Shown here one piece after another: positions 1 to 10,567 of a stretch of 64,000 nt of DNA. Source of the DNA: Acidobacteriota bacterium (GTDB lineage Bacteria > Acidobacteriota > CAIWXX01). The stretch spans positions 20,412 to 84,411 of the forward strand of contig JBFMAF010000045.1 in NCBI GenBank assembly GCA_040755995.1, read 5' to 3'. The translations under genes were made by a program, and so were the position numbers. The notes below the pieces were generated by a model that was not told the DNA's origin, made no database searches, and saw nothing but the letters and a program-made list of their open reading frames with translations. How positions within the stretch are numbered: the stretch's first letter is position 1; every line of letters begins with the position of its first letter.

Positions 1-757
1 ACCAATCGGCCCAATCACTGGCCAGCTTTCCGTGTCGATACGTCGCGGTTGCGAGCACATCGGCCTTGAGCACGAATGGTGGGCGCCGGGCAGGTGTACC
101 CTCGGGGTACCTGCCACGGTATTCCCGAATCGCTTCGCTGTCGAACAACTCGACGTCTCGCGACAGCCGGAAGGCCCATTCGGTCAGCTGCGCATTCAGG
201 TGATACACCTCATGTCCGGCCCTCCAATTTTCGCACCACGGCTCGTCGCACCACATGCGGGATCGAGGGTGTTTCCAATTCGAAGGCAACTCTCTGATGT
301 CTATCTCCTGGTTGAGATCCGCATCCACGATCCATTCAGCCCAGGCAGCCGAACCCAACGTGGCGACATTCGGCGGTGTTCCCGCCGAACCGGCGACCAG
401 GAAGTAGGTGTTCCGAAGATCCAGCCGATCGGATAGCCCAACCGCCATCAATGATGCGGCGGCATTGGCGGGACCGACATCGGTGACTATCAGGCAATGA
501 CCGGCGTCGTTGTAGGCGAGAGGACTGGCCACACCTGGGATCGACATCCGTCTGTTCAGGCTCTCGTGCTCAACCCACAACCGTGCCTCTCCATAATCGC
601 CATCCGGCGCATCTATATCGCTCACCGCCACGATCGTCATGATCTTGATCGGAATCGCATCAGGGCCAGGAGAAGCCGGTTCAACTGGTCTGGGCAGCAT
701 TGCCCCGAATATCAGACCACAGATCAGCACGTTGCACAGCGCGGTTCTGCTCGTCAT
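1..757 (-). CDS. Purine nucleoside permease (NUP family)-like secreted protein, partial (runs off the left edge)
   Basis: Manual translation, not in ORF track: MTSRTALCNVLICGLIFGAML...GEARLW...VGPANAAASLMAVGLSDRLDLRNTYFLVAGSAG...TLGSAAWAEWIVDADL; purine-rich RBS-like GGAAAGGGG upstream of ATG at 757. Confidence 0.75.
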   Translation of the reverse strand, partial: MTSRTALCNVLICGLIFGAMLPRPVEPASPGPDAIPIKIMTIVAVSDIDAPDGDYGEARLWVEHESLNRRMSIPGVASPLAYNDAGHCLIVTDVGPANAAASLMAVGLSDRLDLRNTYFLVAGSAGTPPNVATLGSAAWAEWIVDADLNQEIDIRELPSNWKHPRSRMWCDEPWCENWRAGHEVYHLNAQLTEWAFRLSRDVELFDSEAIREYRGRYPEGTPARRPPFVLKADVLATATYRHGKLASDWADW

Positions 758-983
758 GTAAGATCCCCTTTCCAGTCACGGAGGCGGCCGCACCCGTCCA
801 TGGCGGTCTTCAGGGAGGCGACATCCTCGACGTCTCCACGCACGACTTCGAAGCCCGCGCCAAGGGCCGCAGTGGCCTTCTCTGGACTGCGGCTGAGGAC
901 GCGCACCGGGAAACCGTCCGAGACGAGCCGACGGGCTCGCCGAGCATCCCCGTGGCCCCGATCACGAGAACCCGTTCTACCAT
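754..983 (-). pseudogene. Frameshifted, truncated NAD(P)H-binding Rossmann (NmrA/SDR-like) remnant
   Basis: RBS GGAGGAG, then MVERVLVIGATGMLGEPV; a second frame continues LVSDGFPVRVLSRSPEKA...EVVRGDVEDVASLKTAMDGC and stops overlapping the next start. Confidence 0.7.
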
Positions 984-1029
984 GAATGACTCCTCCCGAG
1001 CCGATGCTGAGTGGCAGCTCGTCGAGCTA

Positions 1030-2352
1030 TTATGGAAGCGGCGTGTCTCGCGCCACCGTCTGCGGATACCCCACAGGGCGGATCAAGGGCCGGCGCGTCT
1101 CGACCAGGCGCTCAAGGAAGCGGGCGGCGGTGGATGGTCCGTCGGTGCGTGCGAGAGCCGCCGCGATCTCCAGCGCTCTCTGCTTGAAGCCGTCCTCCTT
1201 CAGCAGGCGCGTGACCTTGGCGGCGATCTCCTCGGAGGTGGATCGAGCCAGGTCGGCGCGCAGCCCTGCGCCAAGGGCGACGACTCGACTGGCGTTATCG
1301 CCCTGTTCCCCGCCGACCGGCAACACCAGGAGAGGTCTGCCCGCCGCGAGGGTCTCGTTGACGGTGTTGTTGCCGCCATGGCTCACGACCACGTCCACGT
1401 GCTTGAGCACCTCGATTTGAGGGACGGAGCGGTAGAGCAGCACGTGGGAGGGCGGCGCACTCTTTCGCAGGCGACTGAACGCTCCGCCAGCGCTCACCAC
1501 CACCTGGCATGAACCGTCCGAAAGGGCTCTGATGATCCTCGCAAACGCCTGCGGCTTTCGGTTGAATACTGTCCCCATGGACACGTAGACCCTCGGCCTG
1601 TCCGCAAGCAGTTGCCCCGTGTCAAACGGCGGGCCGGCCTCGTCGCCCCTGCCTGCGAAGCAGGGGCCGATGTAGTAGGAAGTTGGCGGCAGAGGATCTC
1701 GCGGAGCCTCGCTGGCTTCGGCGGTCAGCACTAGGGTCAGCCACGGCGACTGCGGGCGCGTCAGGAATCCGGGCTCGGACAGCGGCAGTCCCAGCCGCCG
1801 GCGCGCGCGCCCGATCGACCGGTCCACCCACTGCTCCAGCGTGTCCAACGCCCGTCGGTAGCGCTCCCCCTCCGCTCCCAGCGGTTCCCCGATCGGGAGC
1901 CCGCTGGCGAACGGCGGGATGCCAGGGCCGCGGAAGCTCAGACCGGCATGGTAGATCAGGGCGTACGGGATGCCGCGCGTCTCCGCCGCCAACCCCGCAC
2001 CGATGTAAGCGAAGTCGCAGACCACTGCATCGGGTCTCACGCGTCCGATGATTCCTTGGAAGGCTCTGCCGGTGAGCCTCAACCCCGAGTAGAAGGCGTG
2101 AGCTGCGAACCAGGTCTCTCGAAAATCGCTCAGAAGCGGCACCACGATCATCTTCATCGAAACCAGCGCAATCGGCAGGCTGCGGATGTTGATGAACTGG
2201 AAGCCGGCGGTTTCCACGTAGCGCTGCATCGGCCCGGGAGCGAAGCCTGCGAAGACGACTTCGTGGCCACGGGAACGCAACTGGCGTCCGATCGCCAACA
2301 TGGGGTTGATGTGACCCCTGGCGGGTTGTGCTGCGAACAAGTAGGTACTCAT
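1030..2352 (-). CDS. GT1/MGT-family UDP-glycosyltransferase
   Basis: N-terminal GHINP; C-terminal UDPGT signature VVSHGGNNTVNETLAAGRPLLVLPVGGEQGDNA. Confidence 0.9.
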   Translation of the reverse strand: MSTYLFAAQPARGHINPMLAIGRQLRSRGHEVVFAGFAPGPMQRYVETAGFQFINIRSLPIALVSMKMIVVPLLSDFRETWFAAHAFYSGLRLTGRAFQGIIGRVRPDAVVCDFAYIGAGLAAETRGIPYALIYHAGLSFRGPGIPPFASGLPIGEPLGAEGERYRRALDTLEQWVDRSIGRARRRLGLPLSEPGFLTRPQSPWLTLVLTAEASEAPRDPLPPTSYYIGPCFAGRGDEAGPPFDTGQLLADRPRVYVSMGTVFNRKPQAFARIIRALSDGSCQVVVSAGGAFSRLRKSAPPSHVLLYRSVPQIEVLKHVDVVVSHGGNNTVNETLAAGRPLLVLPVGGEQGDNASRVVALGAGLRADLARSTSEEIAAKVTRLLKEDGFKQRALEIAAALARTDGPSTAARFLERLVETRRPLIRPVGYPQTVARDTPLP

Positions 2353-2756
2353 CGCGTCTCCCTATCTCCGTCTGCCGCCGGTTTGGTGCCTCACGGATTC
2401 GACATGCCGGGTTATGGAACGATGAGGATGCCGGCCGATGCCGAGGTTAGGGCCAACCTGCCGAAGCCGCGTGGCGCGTCGGGCCAGCGTGCAGCCAGTG
2501 GTCATTACGTGGCGGTTCCAGCTGCGCATCGGTGGCTCCAGCTGGCTACTATAGACCGGCGAGCGCCAAGGACACCAGGCCAATGTCCGGCGTACCGAGC
2601 TGCCATCGCGCAGGAAGCGCCGCCGGAAAGGCGCGGACTGTGCATTCCCACGTGGCCTGGCCTGAGAGGCTGACTGCCAGGCGCCCTTCCGGGACTTGCA
2701 CCTCGCGGCGACCATGCATAAGATGCCTTCGATCCAGGTACGCCTTCCATTGCCTG

Positions 2757-2784
2757 ACTGAAATGGATATAATTCCATTTTAGT
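2757..2784 (+). promoter_or_regulatory. -10-like TATAAT centred in an 11-bp inverted repeat (operator candidate)
   Basis: ACTGAAATGGA-TATAAT-TCCATTTTAGT, 1 mismatch, 23 bp before ATG 2808. Confidence 0.5.
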
Positions 2785-2807
2785 TAAACCGTTTTGGAGT
2801 GACTTCC

Positions 2808-3971
2808 ATGACAGGACAGATCAGACGGTTGCTGCAAATCGACTTGCCGGCGGGGCAATCGGCCTTCCTGTGGGGGCCGCGGAAAACAGGCAAGACCACC
2901 TATCTCCGCCATGCGTTTCCGAAGAGTCTGGTCTACGATCTCCTGGACACGGAGCTCTATCTTGAGCTGACGAAACGGCCGCACCTGCTTCGCGAGCAGC
3001 TCGTGGCCGCGAGTCCGCACCAGCTTGAGCATCCGGTCATCATCGACGAAGTCCAGAAGGTGCCGCAGCTGCTGGACGAGATTCATTGGCTCATCGAAAA
3101 CAGGCGGGTTCGCTTCATCCTCTGCGGCTCCAGCGCGCGGAAGGTCAAGCGCGGAAGAGCGAATTTGCTTGGCGGCCGCGCGTGGCGCTATGAAATGCAT
3201 CCGCTTGTCTCCGCCGAGATTGGGAGCCTGGATCTGCTTTCGGCCCTGAACCGGGGCCTTCTACCCGCTCACTTTCTACAGCAGGACTACTCCAGATCGC
3301 TGCATGCCTACTTGCGCGACTACCTCAAGGAAGAGGTCTTCGAGGAAGGCCTGACCCGCAACATCCCCGCGTTTTCTCGGTTCTTCGATGCCGTGGGGTA
3401 TTCGCACGGCGAGCTGACCAACTACGCGAACATCGCCCGCGACTGCGGCGTGGATTCCAAGACGGTCAAGGAGTACTACCAGATTCTGGTGGACACGCTG
3501 CTCGGCACCATGATCGAGCCATTCAAGAGACGGCAGGAGCGCCAGGTAATCTCCAGGGCCGGAAAGTTTTATCTCTTCGATGCCGGGGTCGCCGGGGCGA
3601 TCACTCGGCGGCACCTGGCCGCGGAGAGAGGAGAACAGTTCGGAAAGGCCTTCGAGCACTTCATCCTGATGGAGATCCTTGCGCACCGGTCATACCGCGA
3701 CCTCGGCTACGACGTCAACTTCTGGCGGACCAAGGCGGGGCAGGAGGTCGATTTCGTACTGGGCGGAGGGGAGGTGGCCATAGAGGTGAAGGGCGCGTCC
3801 CGAGTCGACTCCACCGAGCTGAGGTCCCTCCGCGCCTTCGTAGATGTTCAACGTCCCAAGAAGGCCCTGGTCGTCTGTGCCGAAACACGGCCGCGCATGT
3901 ACGACGGCATACAGGTGCTGCCGTGGCGGCTGTTCCTGGACATGTTGTGGGGCGGGAAGATCATCGCCTGA
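2808..3971 (+). CDS. AAA+ ATPase (AAA_14 plus DUF4143-type C-terminal PD-(D/E)xK-like domain)
   Basis: Walker A GPRKTGKT, Walker B IIDEVQ, CGSS, LLGGRA, KFYLFDAG, C-terminal EVDFV...AIEVK. Confidence 0.88.
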   Translation: MTGQIRRLLQIDLPAGQSAFLWGPRKTGKTTYLRHAFPKSLVYDLLDTELYLELTKRPHLLREQLVAASPHQLEHPVIIDEVQKVPQLLDEIHWLIENRRVRFILCGSSARKVKRGRANLLGGRAWRYEMHPLVSAEIGSLDLLSALNRGLLPAHFLQQDYSRSLHAYLRDYLKEEVFEEGLTRNIPAFSRFFDAVGYSHGELTNYANIARDCGVDSKTVKEYYQILVDTLLGTMIEPFKRRQERQVISRAGKFYLFDAGVAGAITRRHLAAERGEQFGKAFEHFILMEILAHRSYRDLGYDVNFWRTKAGQEVDFVLGGGEVAIEVKGASRVDSTELRSLRAFVDVQRPKKALVVCAETRPRMYDGIQVLPWRLFLDMLWGGKIIA

Positions 3972-4238
3972 GCAGAGGCATATCGAGGCCGCCCGGCTCT
4001 ATGCCATGGCGTGCCGCGGCCGTGCCGGGAATCTACAACGCTTCCGGCAGCGGGAGCGTGGGCCGATCGCGGCGTTCAAGGGCTTCGAAATCGCTCGGAG
4101 CTTGCGGTCGCAAGTCCGGGCGGCAGCCTCATCGACCTCCGGTCGCCGTCGTCGTCGTCGTTGCACCGCGGGAGAACTCGGCCGGCGTTTGTGCTACGAT
4201 TGGAGGTTCGACGGAGGATACTTCGAGGAGTCTGGTGT

Positions 4239-5921
4239 ATGACAGAGTCGGTTGCGAGCGCCCCGGTCCATTTCATCAAGGACATCATCAACGAGGACTT
4301 GCGAACGGGCAAGCACAGCCGGGTGCATACGCGTTTCCCGCCCGAGCCTAACGGCTATCTGCACATCGGCCATGCGAAATCGATCTGCCTGAACTTTGGG
4401 CTGGCCAACGAGTACCACGGCAAGTGCAACCTCAGGTTCGATGACACGAACCCCTCGAAAGAGGAAGTGGAGTATGTCGAGTCCATCATGGATACGGTCC
4501 GATGGCTGGGATTCGACTGGGAGGACCGCTGCTTCTACGCGTCCGACTACTTCGAACGTCTCTATCAGTACGCAGAGCACCTGATCCAGCACGGCAAGGC
4601 GTTCGTCTGCCATCTTGGCGCGGACGAAATTCGCGAATACCGAGGCACCCTCACGGAACCGGGCAAGGATAGCCCATATCGAAACCGGCCGGTCGAAGAA
4701 AGCCTCGACCTGTTCCGGCGCATGCGGGCAGGTGAGTTCCCAGACGGCCACTGCGTGCTGCGCGCCAAGATCGACATGACATCGGGCAACATCAACATGC
4801 GCGACCCGGTCATCTATCGCATCCTCCGCGCGTCTCACCACCGCACAGGCGACGCCTGGTGCATCTACCCGATGTACGACTACGCCCACCCCATATGTGA
4901 TGCGATCGAAGGAATCACGCATTCGATATGCACGCTCGAATTCGAGGACCACAGGCCTTTCTACGACTGGCTGCTGGATCAGCTCCCCGTCCCCTGCCAT
5001 CCTCAGCAGATCGAGTTCGCCCGCCTGAACCTCACGTACACTGTGATGAGCAAGCGCAAGCTCCTCCAGCTGGTTCAAGGAGGACACGTGGCCGGATGGG
5101 ACGATCCGAGGATGCCCACGCTGGCTGGCATGCGCCGGCGCGGCTTCACGCCGGAGGCCATACGGGACTTCTGCGAACGGATCGGCGTCGCAAAGGTGAA
5201 TAGTACGGTCGACTACGCATTCCTCGAACATTGCCTCCGCGACGACCTGAACCGGCGCGCCCAGCGGGTCATGGCGGTCCTGCGCCCCTTGCGCGTCGTG
5301 CTGGAAAACTACCCGGAAGGGCGCGTCGAGGAGCTGGACGCGGTCAACAACCCCGAGGACCCGGCAGCGGGCACCCGCAAGATCCCGTTCAGCAGAGTGT
5401 TCTACATCGAGCAGGATGATTTCAAGGAGATCCCGCCCAAGAAGTTCTACCGCCTCTCCCCTGGCCGGGAGATCCGGCTGAAGCACGCGTACATTATCAA
5501 GTGCACCGGCGTCGTGAAGGACGAGAAGGGTGAGATCGTGGAGCTGCGATGTACTTATGATCCCGATTCGCGGGGCGGCGAGGCAACGGATGGGCGCGTG
5601 ATCAAAGTCACTGCGCACTGGGTTTCAGCTCCACACGCGATCGATGCGGAGGTGAGACTCTACGACCACCTTTTCACCGTCGATGACCCCGGGGAAGCCG
5701 GCGACTTCGCCGCGTGCATCAATCCCGCCTCGCTGGAAGTGCTCCGGGGATGCAAGGTCGAGCCAGGCCTTGCCTCCATGCAGCCCGGGTCCTTCTGCCA
5801 GTTCATGCGCCAGGGCTACTTCTGCGCCGACCTGGTCGACCATGCGCGCGAGCACCCGGTGTTCAACAGGACCGTGTCGCTCAAGGACGAGTGGGCGAGG
5901 ATTCTGAAGCGGACGGAATAG
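4239..5921 (+). CDS. glnS: Glutamine--tRNA ligase
   Basis: [52 protein letters not shown] before ATG 4239. Confidence 0.97.
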   Translation: MTESVASAPVHFIKDIINEDLRTGKHSRVHTRFPPEPNGYLHIGHAKSICLNFGLANEYHGKCNLRFDDTNPSKEEVEYVESIMDTVRWLGFDWEDRCFYASDYFERLYQYAEHLIQHGKAFVCHLGADEIREYRGTLTEPGKDSPYRNRPVEESLDLFRRMRAGEFPDGHCVLRAKIDMTSGNINMRDPVIYRILRASHHRTGDAWCIYPMYDYAHPICDAIEGITHSICTLEFEDHRPFYDWLLDQLPVPCHPQQIEFARLNLTYTVMSKRKLLQLVQGGHVAGWDDPRMPTLAGMRRRGFTPEAIRDFCERIGVAKVNSTVDYAFLEHCLRDDLNRRAQRVMAVLRPLRVVLENYPEGRVEELDAVNNPEDPAAGTRKIPFSRVFYIEQDDFKEIPPKKFYRLSPGREIRLKHAYIIKCTGVVKDEKGEIVELRCTYDPDSRGGEATDGRVIKVTAHWVSAPHAIDAEVRLYDHLFTVDDPGEAGDFAACINPASLEVLRGCKVEPGLASMQPGSFCQFMRQGYFCADLVDHAREHPVFNRTVSLKDEWARILKRTE

Positions 5922-5975
5922 GGTGAGTAGGAGACCGTATTGCGATTGATATCCGACGGCGCGGGTGCGCACGAA

Positions 5976-6020
5976 CCGGAGACGCGGAGAGGCGGAGACA
6001 CGGAGACGGAGAAACGGAGA
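5976..6020 (+). repeat. Intergenic CGGAGA short-repeat cluster (6 copies)
   Basis: ccggaga-cgcggaga-ggcggaga-cacggaga-cggaga-aacggaga. Confidence 0.8.
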
Positions 6021-6112
6021 GAGGCCGAGTACATGGTCAGAGCGCGATCGAGTCCGACAATCCCGCCGCAGGGCGAGCTCGCAGATTAGATGCGGCGCGG
6101 CCAAGGTGAGAT

Positions 6113-7591
6113 ATGAGTGAAGTACGGGTCCGATTTGCGCCGTCGCCCACGGGACACCTGCACGTGGGAAGTGCTCGCACCGCCATATTCAACTGGCTCT
6201 TCGCGCGCCATCACGGCGGCGCATTCATCTTGAGGATCGAGGACACCGACCGCACGCGTTCGAGCGACGAGTACACGCGGTCGATTCTCGACGGGATGCG
6301 ATGGCTGGGGATGGATTGGGACGAAGGACCTGAGATCGGTGGCGGGTTCGGGCCGTACTTCCAGGCGCAGCGGCTGCATCTGTATCGAGAGGCCGCCGAA
6401 GGCCTCGTCCGGGAGAGGAAGGCCTATCGGTGCTTCTGCACGCCCGAGCGGCTGGATGCTCTGCGCGAGCAGCAGCAGGCGGCGAATCTGCAGACCCGAT
6501 ACGACGGGCTCTGCCGCGAGATCTCGGCAGAGGACGCCGGGCTGCGAGTGGAGCGCGGAGAGAAGTGCGTCATCCGCATGAAGGTGTCGACCGGCGAAGT
6601 CATAGAATGGAATGACCTCTGCAAAGGGACAATCTCGATCACGACCGAGCTGCTCGATGACATGGTGCTCCTCAAGTCCGACGGGTTCCCAATGTACAAC
6701 TTCGCCGTAGTGGTGGACGACGCCGGCATGAAGATCACCCATGTGATCCGCGGCGAAGACCACATCTCGAACACTCCCAAGCAGATCCTGACCTACCGCG
6801 CTCTCGGGTTCGAGCCGCCTTTTTTCGGTCACATCCCTATGATCCTCGGCACCGATCGCTCCAAGCTCAGCAAGCGGCACGGTGCCACCAATGTGATCGA
6901 ATACGAGAAGGCGGGCTTCTTGCCCGACGCGTTCTTCAACTTCCTCGCTCTGCTCGGCTGGTCGCCGCCTGATGAGCGGGAGTTGCTGAAACGCGAGGAG
7001 ATTGTGCAGCTCTTCAGCCTGGGTCGCGTGGCCGCTCACGGCGCGATCTTCGACATCGAGAAGCTCAAGTGGATGAACCTTCAGTACATCAAGACGGTTA
7101 CAGGCGAGGGTTTGCTGAGTCGTTGCGAGCCTTTCCTGCAACGAATTCCGGGATATCCGGGCGAGTATGAGCGGCGCGAGCTGCTGGAAATGGCGTCGCT
7201 CTTCCGCGAGCGGATGAGCACGCTGCCCGAGATCACTCACCTGGCCTGGTACTTCTTCAACGAGCCGGACTCCTACGACGAGAAGGGACTCAAGAACGCG
7301 CTCAAGACGCCGAACCTCGATGCTGTCATGGCGGAGCTTGCCGGGGAGCTCGAGATGCTCGACACGTTCTCGCACGAGCGCATCGAGAAGGCGATTCGCA
7401 CGGTGGCGGAACGCCGCGGCATGGGGGCCGGCAAGGTGATCCATCCGGCGCGTCTCGCCGTGAGCGGTCGCAGCGAGGGGCCGGGGCTGTTTGAGATGAT
7501 CCAGGTCCTGGGACGGGAGCGATGTCTGAGGCGCATACGCGCATTTGTCGAGCGACGGCCTTGGGGCCAGCCGCACGGCCACGCAGCCTGA
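6113..7591 (+). CDS. gltX: Glutamate--tRNA ligase
   Basis: VRFAPSPTGHLHVG, LRIEDTD, ITHVIRGEDH, KLSKRHG. Confidence 0.97.
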   Translation: MSEVRVRFAPSPTGHLHVGSARTAIFNWLFARHHGGAFILRIEDTDRTRSSDEYTRSILDGMRWLGMDWDEGPEIGGGFGPYFQAQRLHLYREAAEGLVRERKAYRCFCTPERLDALREQQQAANLQTRYDGLCREISAEDAGLRVERGEKCVIRMKVSTGEVIEWNDLCKGTISITTELLDDMVLLKSDGFPMYNFAVVVDDAGMKITHVIRGEDHISNTPKQILTYRALGFEPPFFGHIPMILGTDRSKLSKRHGATNVIEYEKAGFLPDAFFNFLALLGWSPPDERELLKREEIVQLFSLGRVAAHGAIFDIEKLKWMNLQYIKTVTGEGLLSRCEPFLQRIPGYPGEYERRELLEMASLFRERMSTLPEITHLAWYFFNEPDSYDEKGLKNALKTPNLDAVMAELAGELEMLDTFSHERIEKAIRTVAERRGMGAGKVIHPARLAVSGRSEGPGLFEMIQVLGRERCLRRIRAFVERRPWGQPHGHAA

Positions 7592-7610
7592 GATCGAGGG
7601 TTGGCAGGCG

Positions 7611-8153
7611 ATGCCCGGACACGTGCACTTCAAACACCCCGTGTCGAGCTTCACGTACTGCCCGCGGTGTGCGGTGCCGCTCGCCTTGGAGAGCCACAGC
7701 CATCGCGTGCGCAAAGTATGCCCTGCGTGCCGGTTCGTCGATTTCCACAATCCGGCGCCTGCCGCCGGAGCTGTCGTCGTCGAGGATGGGAAGCTGCTGC
7801 TCGTGAGACGCGCGCACGATCCGTTCAAGGGTGACTGGTGCTTCCCGGCCGGATTTGTCGAGTGGGATGAATCGCCGCGGGAGTGCGCCGAGCGCGAGGT
7901 GAGGGAGGAGACTGGTCTGGAGATCGCCGCGAAGGAGATCTTCAACGTCTACTCAGGCTCGGACGACCCGCGCACCAACGCAATCCTGGTGCTCTACTTC
8001 GCGGAGGTCACCGGAGGAAACCCGGTCGCGGGCGACGATGCGTCTGAGATCCGCTTCTTCGGCGCGGGGGAGATACCGCAGGAGATCGCCTTCGAGGCTC
8101 ACCGGCGGGCTATCAGAGACCTGAGGGAGCGATATCCCCGCTCATTGAAGTGA
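7611..8153 (+). CDS. NUDIX hydrolase with N-terminal Zn ribbon
   Basis: CPRC...CPAC; Nudix box GFVEWDESPRECAEREVREETG. Confidence 0.92.
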   Translation: MPGHVHFKHPVSSFTYCPRCAVPLALESHSHRVRKVCPACRFVDFHNPAPAAGAVVVEDGKLLLVRRAHDPFKGDWCFPAGFVEWDESPRECAEREVREETGLEIAAKEIFNVYSGSDDPRTNAILVLYFAEVTGGNPVAGDDASEIRFFGAGEIPQEIAFEAHRRAIRDLRERYPRSLK

Positions 8154-8388
8154 CGAGTGCGCAACGGCGCGGGCAGGTATGGGCATCGGCCAGCGATCGC
8201 GGATACCGCGACCGCAGGGTCTCGTCCGGCTGGAATCGTCTCCTCGTTCTGATAAAGTAAGAGTCGATATCGGGGTCGAGAAGCGCGGGAGGGACGGGGT
8301 TGACCGGAGTGAACCGCATGCGAACTGGGACCATAAGTGGGCGCGCCTGGTCCTGCGACGTGGCAAGTCGCACTGAAGGGGCACAAGC

Positions 8389-9708
8389 TTGAGCGCTGAT
8401 CGAGCGGCGGGAGCTGACCCGCACCCGCGCAGGCTCGCCTGGTTGCGGCGTTTCTGGGAACGGGAGGCCAGGCGGCACTTGCCGCCGGGCTTCGATCTTC
8501 AGGGCGTCATGGGGGGGAGCACAGGGACGACTTTCCCCGCGTTCCTCACCATCATCGCCCTATCCATCGGAGCCTGCATCGTGGCGGCCGCCTGGGCGGC
8601 GCTCGTCCTCGATTGGCCTGCGACCATTGGCGTTATCGGCGTAGTCGTGGCGAGCGTGACTATTCCGCACCTCCTGTCCGAGCTCGGTGTCTACCGCTCG
8701 GTGCTCCTGGTGAGAAGTCCGGATCGGCTTATCGTGATCGAGCGCGCCGGGTTCGACCGTCTTGTAGCTGCACGCGCGTACTCTCTGCCACTCCGAGTGG
8801 CGCTGAGGTGGGAAGGGGCAGGGACGCTCGTGTTCGGAGATGAGCGTATTCACGTGCACGTGCCACAGGTCAGCCGGCCATATCTAGCGACGGCACTGGA
8901 CGTCCAGCCTATGGCAGCCCCAGGCGCGGGACCTGCCTTCGAGGACATCACGGCGCAGACACCCCGCGGCACGATCTGGCACACGGTTCATGTCGCAGGC
9001 ATCCTGTGGGTCATCGCTTCGCTTTGGTTTATCATAGCATGTGGCGTCGCCGGGCTGGGGTGGCCCGCGAGTTGGCCGATGCCGTTGGCCTGCCCAACAG
9101 GTGTTGTGGCCGACAGCGCAGGTCAGATCGCGGTGCTGCTGCAGGCATATGGGCGCGTTCAGATCTACGACACCGATGGGCGCTTCGTTCGCGGTCTGAA
9201 CATCGCGAATGGGGGCCGAGGTGCGCTGATCGCTGTCGACACGCTGGACCGACTCTGGGTGTACTGCGAGGGAGGCGGAGCTCTGCAGCGGTACGCGCCG
9301 GACGGCGGAAGATCGGGGCAGTGGATCTATGTCACCCCGGCGGCCCCCAGGCGAATACGTCTTTGGCCGGGCGGAAACGCAGGTATCGATCGCACCACCC
9401 AGTTGACCATGAAGGGCCAGGGCGGACCGGTCCAGCTGGGAGGCATGCTGTTCACAAATGAGCGGTCGTCGGTCGACTTCGTCGACGCGAGTGGCGCTCG
9501 CTACGAGCTGCCGGGCCCGCACTGGCTCCCGTGCGTGCGCAGGAACGGAGGAGACGCACGCGCGCTTACGCTCTGGGGTCCATGGTGGCTGATCCCGATC
9601 GGTTTCCCCCTGCCGGGGCTCCCTGCGGGCCTGTCGCTGGCGGTGCTCGGCTACTATGCAGCGCGTCATAGGTCCACAACAGATTTGACGAGTAGACGCA
9701 GTGTATGA
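8389..9708 (+). CDS. Hypothetical membrane protein with NHL/beta-propeller-like segment
   Basis: 439-aa ORF with several hydrophobic segments; PTGVVADSAGQIAV...RVQIYDTDGRFVRG resembles an NHL repeat; start uncertain. Confidence 0.6.
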   Translation: MSADRAAGADPHPRRLAWLRRFWEREARRHLPPGFDLQGVMGGSTGTTFPAFLTIIALSIGACIVAAAWAALVLDWPATIGVIGVVVASVTIPHLLSELGVYRSVLLVRSPDRLIVIERAGFDRLVAARAYSLPLRVALRWEGAGTLVFGDERIHVHVPQVSRPYLATALDVQPMAAPGAGPAFEDITAQTPRGTIWHTVHVAGILWVIASLWFIIACGVAGLGWPASWPMPLACPTGVVADSAGQIAVLLQAYGRVQIYDTDGRFVRGLNIANGGRGALIAVDTLDRLWVYCEGGGALQRYAPDGGRSGQWIYVTPAAPRRIRLWPGGNAGIDRTTQLTMKGQGGPVQLGGMLFTNERSSVDFVDASGARYELPGPHWLPCVRRNGGDARALTLWGPWWLIPIGFPLPGLPAGLSLAVLGYYAARHRSTTDLTSRRSV

Positions 9709-9885
9709 CGCGCTGTATTCGCGGGGATGGCCTCAGGCCTTGCATCTGCGGCCATTCGGCCGCGCAAGGCCTGAGCCCTCCCCACGTACCCCACCGGGGG
9801 AGACCTCCGCGCGAGGCCTCCCCCGGAACCCCCACGCGCATACAGCGCGACTTGCGTCGCGCCGTATATCGCACGCGGCGCGTCA
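9706..9885. repeat. Multi-hairpin palindromic element (REP/MITE-like or structured RNA)
   Basis: Stems CTCAGGCCTTGC/GCAAGGCCTGAG, CCGGGGGAG/CTCCCCCGG, GCGCGAC/GTCGCGC; complementary ends TGACGCGC/GCGCGTCA. Confidence 0.6.
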
Positions 9886-9947
9886 CTCGCTGAATTGTCG
9901 ACACTCGACACCGGTCTGTGTAGGATATGGGCGAGAACGGAGTGAGT

Positions 9948-10436
9948 ATGGGAATCAGGTTGTTCATCACCGGCGGCACGTTCGACAAGGAGTACGACGA
10001 GATACACGGGCGACTGTACTTCGCAGACACCCACATTCAGGAGATGCTGCGACTCGGGCGCTGCAGATACGAAGTGCAGGTGCGGACATTGATGATGGTC
10101 GACAGCATGGAGATGACCGACGCGGACCGGTTGGTGGTTATGGAAAACTGCCGGCAAGCCGCCGAGGATCGCATCGTGATCACCCACGGCACTGACACCA
10201 TGGCCGACACGGCACGGATCCTGGGAGAAGCGCGACTGCCCAAGACGATCGTCCTCACTGGGGCGATGGTTCCGTATGCCTTCGGAAGCTCCGATGGGCT
10301 CTTCAATCTGGGAAGTGCGCTGGCCTTCGCCCAGACATTGCCTCCAGGGGCCTACATCGCGATGAACGGATGCTGTTTCTGTTGGGACAACGTCAAGAAG
10401 AACAAGACCCTGGGGGTTTTCGAGAGTATCTGGTAG
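9948..10436 (+). CDS. Short asparaginase (N-terminal domain only)
   Basis: TGGTFDK, ITHGTDTM, VLTGAMVP, SDGLFNLG. Confidence 0.9.
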   Translation: MGIRLFITGGTFDKEYDEIHGRLYFADTHIQEMLRLGRCRYEVQVRTLMMVDSMEMTDADRLVVMENCRQAAEDRIVITHGTDTMADTARILGEARLPKTIVLTGAMVPYAFGSSDGLFNLGSALAFAQTLPPGAYIAMNGCCFCWDNVKKNKTLGVFESIW

Positions 10437-10529
10437 GGGCGCAGGGCTCGCGCCCGCTTGGTCGACGCCCGTGTTGCGCTTCACGTGCAAGTAGCGGATG
10501 GAACGGCGTTCGCCGGTTCGCGGGCTGCG

Positions 10530-10558
10530 TTGACAGGGCATCCGCCTTCCACTAGAAT
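10530..10558 (+). promoter_or_regulatory. Sigma70-type promoter of the tRNA gene
   Basis: TTGACA-17 bp-TAGAAT followed by GC-rich TCGGCCCG, 9 bp before the tRNA. Confidence 0.85.
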
Positions 10559-10567
10559 TCGGCCCGT

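Noticed and set aside
4011..4238. N-terminal extension of glnS (similar cases at btuF, btuB and the GH99-like gene)
   Set aside because: RBS and homology-like sequence start at downstream ATGs; the btuF and btuB extensions run through riboswitch leaders
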